This document shows positions 59,181 to 64,000 of a stretch of 64,000 nt of DNA, in pieces. Made by a program: the position numbers and the translations under genes. Source of the stretch: Nitrospirales bacterium (GTDB lineage: Bacteria; Nitrospirota; Nitrospiria; Nitrospirales; UBA8639); NCBI GenBank assembly GCA_965203295.1, contig CBDBCZ010000017.1, positions 2,272,001 to 2,336,000 of the forward strand, written 5' to 3'. How positions within the stretch are numbered: the first letter of the stretch is position 1; every line of letters starts with the position of its first letter. The notes beneath the pieces are model-generated. The model was not told where the DNA came from. It was given only the letters and a program-made list of their open reading frames with translations, and did no database searches.

Positions 59181-59901
59181 TGTCACGGAAAAATTGGTCT
59201 GGGGGACCAAGCAGTCCGGGTGGACTTATTTTCCAGAAAATTTTGGTACCCTCCTGAAAACAATGGTGCAACCTGCGCCACAAGCGAATTCCGCCCGCTA
59301 CTGTCTTTAATACGCACTTGATAGTAAGAGTGGACGACTACTGTTACACTAAGGTGGATGGCTACATGTTCGAGTGTATTGCATTGGCTTGTTTCTTGTC
59401 ACAGCCTACGCCTACCGTCAATAGCCTCATCATACCGTGCGCGTGAGTGTATACATGAAGCTAGATCTGTACATTGTATAGCTCCCAGGCCAGTACCACT
59501 TCGACCAAGAAAAAATGCGTCGCCATTTGTGGAACTGCTTCGAGAGAGGGAAAATGTCAATGAACTCGTACAGCACAGAATCGACTTTACAGTCAGTTGA
59601 CAAAGTCCCAGTGTAGCTACTGCATCAGTTTGTAGGATATCGATGACTGTTTCATACCTTTGTATTAAGCGACCTAATGGCTAACTAATTTAAACGGTTG
59701 ATGATAACTATGCCATACATGTAAGCTTACATATATGAAGGGAGGCAAATTTTCAAGGTAAAACCAACTCTGCTGGAAACGTGATGAGGGGAACAAAATT
59801 TTCAGGGTAGGACCAATTTTGCTGGAAAAAATGGTCCGGGAGACCAAAAAATTTTTTGGCCCTAGGACCACTTTTTTTCTAGGACTAAAATTCCAGTGAC
59901 A
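59181..59901. mobile_element. MITE with tgtcac...gtgaca ends, flanked by ggcc
   Basis: ggcc|tgtcacggaaaaattggtc ... ggactaaaattccagtgaca|ggcc. The ggcc could be a 4-bp TSD or part of the TIR. Confidence 0.75.
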
Positions 59902-60756
59902 GGCCGCAATTCCAGACTGCAAGTCTTTATTCTTGATGTCTGGATATGTAGGCTCCTTTGAAGCTAAGGTTAACAGTGAATCAGACCTACGAGTAGCTCC
60001 AGAAAGTGGGATGTACTGTATTGCACTCACTACACTTTCGATCATCACAAGATAATGTGGGCGCAGTTCGGACTTGCATGGTAAATACCCCCCCCCTTTT
60101 GAGCCTATGACACTAGCGCAGGTAAGCCTTTCTTATCAGCGAAATGGCAATTGCAGCAGCACAATACTTCCAAAAAAACAGCATGCAGCTGTACTCACCT
60201 GCAGGGCTATGTAGTATGTCAAGAGTCCGAGTCGACGGATTCCACATCGGATTCCACAACATGCCTGCATCCAAGTGCAAAATAAATTTACTGCAGCACT
60301 ATGCTAATAAAACTACTGCAGCATGCGGTGAATGAAGACACAACCGACAATGTACCTGTACTTGTCTCCCAGTATCCTGCCGTGCTGGCTTTTGAAGGCG
60401 TTTCGTCATCGCTTATCACGATAGGACTACGCATACTAGAACCGGCCATATCTCCGGGCCACTCTGTCTGCTCTCGACTCACGTCCGCCGCGGACGTCCC
60501 CAGTTTCCAGCCGCACAAATCATAGCCGCTAGTTAGAGACCTACAGTACGCACAATGCAGGAAAAAAACACAAAACAAAAGAAACACTGTACTAATTTCG
60601 CACTCCACCATCACATAAAAGTTCACGTTGCAAACTTTGTGATCATGCCCTCTCGTGACAAGCATCCGGCCGTGACACCGCCTATTCCTGGACCAGTATT
60701 CCATTCCAGTAATCCATTCCAGTAGTCCAGTCCAGTCCAGTCCAGTCCAGTCCAGT

Positions 60757-61159
60757 TAGGCTTGGGCGGATTATGCCGGCATAATTTTGGGAATAATAGG
60801 CACGAAGAAGCATCGAGAATAATGCGGGAATAATAGGGAAGTTTTCGGGAATAATGCGTGTCTTGAACGGAAATATTCGGAATAGATCTCGCCCACCACA
60901 AACTCTGCATGCGTTTATGGCGTCTAGCAGTGGTTCTGATGGGAGAATGGCTGGTCTACAGCATGCAAATTAGTTTTATTCTGACGTGCTTCAATAGTAA
61001 TAAATTGCGTCACAAGCTAGTCGCTGACATGCTTTTTTTCGATTTTAGTGGGAATAATGCGAGAATAATAGGCAGTCACTCGGGAATAATAGGGCAGTTT
61101 TGTGAGAATCGGGGAATAGAATTATAGGTAACTTTTTGAGCATAATCCGCCCAACCCTA
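60757..61159. mobile_element. hAT-like MITE inserted into the MULE right TIR
   Basis: taggcttgggcggattatgc pairs with gcataatccgcccaacccta. The 8-bp TSD agtccagt is at 60749-60756 and 61160-61167. Confidence 0.88.
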
Positions 61160-61772
61160 AGTCCAGTCCACCGAATTCAGACTCCCACCCCCACCTACGA
61201 TTTTCTGCTCGTCTTGAGCAGAATTACTATATTCATGCGCCACTGAGTGGGGTTGCTGGTGCTGTTTTGGTTGCATAATCACTGGACTTCTCTGTCACGG
61301 CACATCTCATCTTGTCACTGAGGGCAGAATTTTTCCAGCACTGTCTCTGGCATTCGACATCGGCAATGGGCGCACTCCCACTTTTCAGACATCGTAACTG
61401 TGGTTGAAAGGTAGATATAAGCGCAGTCTGGTGTAGCTAGCCCTTCGCGAGCTACATGCTGTTTCGAGTTCTCGCAGCAGCGCTCTCAGCGCTACACGCT
61501 ACGCTGTTTATATACCGCATTTCCGCGATCAGACGCCGCGGCTACTGTAGTTAATCCCAGCCCCGCCCACTAAGCGTAGACTCTGGCGCCGGCGCGTAAT
61601 ACATGTACAACTCTGATCCTGTTATCAGGATCTCAGCTAGAGTTGCCTAAACTACAGATCGCCTGCATAAAGGTTAGTAAAGTAATTGCTCAGGTTCTCT
61701 TTTTAGCCAAGTTGTTAAGATCAGCAAAGGCAAAAATGTAACTTTAGTTTTATGCAAGGGACTATGCTTGTA

Positions 61773-62644
61773 CAGTGGAACCTCCCATAACGGACCCTCC
61801 CACCAGCGGACAACCTCCCTATAAAGGACACTGGCCGTGGCACCGATTGAAATTACTATAGTGCTAATGTATAAGAAACCTCCCACGAGCGGACGCTTCT
61901 TGATTCCGGACAGCGGACAAACTGCGTGCTCCCGACTGCAAAAGTCCGTTGAAAACTGCCTCTTATAACGGACGAATTGGAAGCCACACCCATCGTTCGT
62001 GCATAAACGCGCATAAAGACCGGAAGTTACTCTCGTATTCGTAGTCTAGATGGCAGATTCACTCAATTTATCCCGCCTGAAAACTGACTCACAGCGATAG
62101 TCGAGATCCTGAACGCGTAAGTTCCCAGCAGCTCTTGTTTCTGAGATCGCTGTATAACGTGCCAATCCACATGATCCAGTCGCCCACGCAAGTTGGGCAA
62201 AAACGGGCATAAACGGAACGTTACACGGATATACAGCTGGAGCACGTGATCTTTGACGACACATGAAAACTCTATTTCGAGTCCATACCCATAAGCGGTT
62301 AGCAAGTGTAGAGATGCTTACACAGTTCAAACCATTCTGGACAGTTATTTTGGCATTGTGGCACCCTATTTGTTATACCACTCAATGTTAACGTCCGATA
62401 ACTCTTTCGACAACATACATGTAGCTTAAATTATTATACAGTCATGTAGCTAGCTATAGCTATGCCTGGTAGATACTTACAGTAGATGACATGGTTTATG
62501 CTTGAATACATGTCTGGTAGGCATTTGAGTGCTTAAATGTGGCTAGAAATAGCAAATTGAGTCGAACCTCCCACCAGAGGACAACCTCCGAATAAAGGAC
62601 AAAAGCCTTGCTCCCAAAGTGTCCTTTATTCGGAGGTTCCACTG
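61773..62644. mobile_element. TA-flanked pogo/Tc1-mariner-type MITE
   Basis: TA|cagtggaacctcc ... ggaggttccactg|TA, with an internal partial repeat of the left end at ~62565-62600. Confidence 0.88.
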
Positions 62645-64000
62645 TATATGTTCCGCGGGTCCCTAACTACGTACAGAAAACTGCGCAATCCCGGGATTGC
62701 GCGCCAAAGTACGGATTCCTATTTTGCGCAGCGCAATCCTAGGATTGCGCAAATTCCTGGTTAGCGCGGAACATATATATTAAACGAATTGGTGCAGTGA
62801 ATGCAGCTCTTCACCTAACAGTCAATAATTCATATTGCTTTCATGAACCAGTCCCTATGACGGTGTAGCTCACTACATACCCATGTGGTATTCTAACTGT
62901 GCCAGCACTCTGCTTCTATTTTAATACAGTAGCTACCCCAAAATCAGAACTCGGCAGCGAGTGGTAGATATATTGAAACTAACCCACAAGTACTAAAAAA
63001 GAATACCCCTTTCCCTCTCTTTCTTAATTGCGCTCTTCCAATCTGCTCATTTTAAACCTACTTTCCACTTCCGTGTATCACATTCCGCACTCATATTGAA
63101 ATATAAATGGCAAAATTAGGAGAGTGAATAAAAAGTAAGACTGAAATTTAAGTATAAGGAAAGAGATTATCGTGTACCATGATAATATATTGACTGAAAT
63201 TCCTCTTTTGACTCCCTAGCCTTAGCAATAATGTTAGCAAGTAGTTGCTTGGGGTCCCTAACTACGTACAGCAAAGAAAGTAGATGAATGAGGTATTGCC
63301 TAGCGTAATAATCTCCTTGAACTTCGGTTGTAGCTACTGGAAGAATCATTTCAGAATAGTTGCACTCACCCATTCAAACTGATTCAGAAGTTGAACTTGA
63401 TTGAGCAACTGTACATCTACAGAAATTTCTGCAAGTAGCTAGCTACAACAGTATTTAAACTGGGTTTGAGAGGGATCCATCTTGAAAGGATCCTAGCTGT
63501 GTCTGTGTGATACCTATAAAGCACAACTTGAGTCAGTTTAATGGGGATTGATGAACTGTCCTGAACTCAAGCAAATCATCTTACTAAAGACATGATTTCT
63601 CAGGTAGGAGGATTACTAACCATTCAGCAAGTATTTCAGTAAGTGTATAAGACTGCATAGGATACTATGCACTTCTTGATTTCCTTACTAAGCGGAGATT
63701 GCAAACCATGTCACTTTGATACCTGCAGCTGTCTTCCTCATACAATTGTACTATGAACCTGATTCCAGCATTAGCTAGCAGTCACTGGTATATTGATTGA
63801 AGGGCTTCCAAAGATCTAGGTTCTATGAGCATCTCTAAAGAAAAATTATTTTGCAAGCATAGACAGTAGAGTATCAGATTATTATTCTGTGTTGTAATTA
63901 ACCCAAACGATAAGCCAGGTAGCAATTTCATATTGATTGGAATTCTCTTTCTACAACCACGAATTCGATGTCTCAAAACTTTCATCTTCAAAGGAATGCT

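Larger units (their letters stand above)
38490..61186 (-). mobile_element. Mutator-like (MULE) transposon, 22.7 kb including nested insertions
   Basis: The left end gagagtctgaattcagtagac(tggac)n...tactggaatggaatactgg matches the reverse complement of the right end (60692-60756 plus 61160-61186). Flanks are accccccac and acccccac (imperfect 8-9 bp TSD). A MULE transposase lies inside. Confidence 0.85.

Overview
Eukaryotic, intron-containing, transposon-dense DNA. An invertebrate, possibly a demosponge, is an inference from repeat and intron style only. Left half (1-34.2 kb): tandem partial copies of a pseudogenised multi-exon coiled-coil gene. One copy carries a 13.5-kb Helentron-type rolling-circle element (4601-18142). 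It has an uninterrupted 2156-aa Rep/PIF1-helicase/OTU ORF, subterminal inverted repeats, a terminal hairpin, a decayed LINE and two minisatellites. Right half: a three-level nest of DNA transposons whose ends and target duplications can be read directly. A 22.7-kb Mutator-like element (38490-61186) contains a 9.4-kb Tc1 (DD34E) element (48454-57870) carrying a spliced BEN-like gene. That gene is split by a 5.4-kb KDZ (Kyakuja-Dileera-Zisupton) element (50023-55464, 8-bp TSD). The KDZ element has about 600-bp repeat-built TIRs and a second, divergently transcribed gene resembling the NRF1/Ewg DNA-binding domain. A second, truncated Tc1-like element carries a paralogous BEN-like gene with a roughly 3.2-kb in-frame coding minisatellite. 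The best candidates for new biology are the NRF1-like cargo gene of the KDZ element and the Tc1+BEN two-gene architecture. All family assignments come from motif recognition by eye; no database searches were run.
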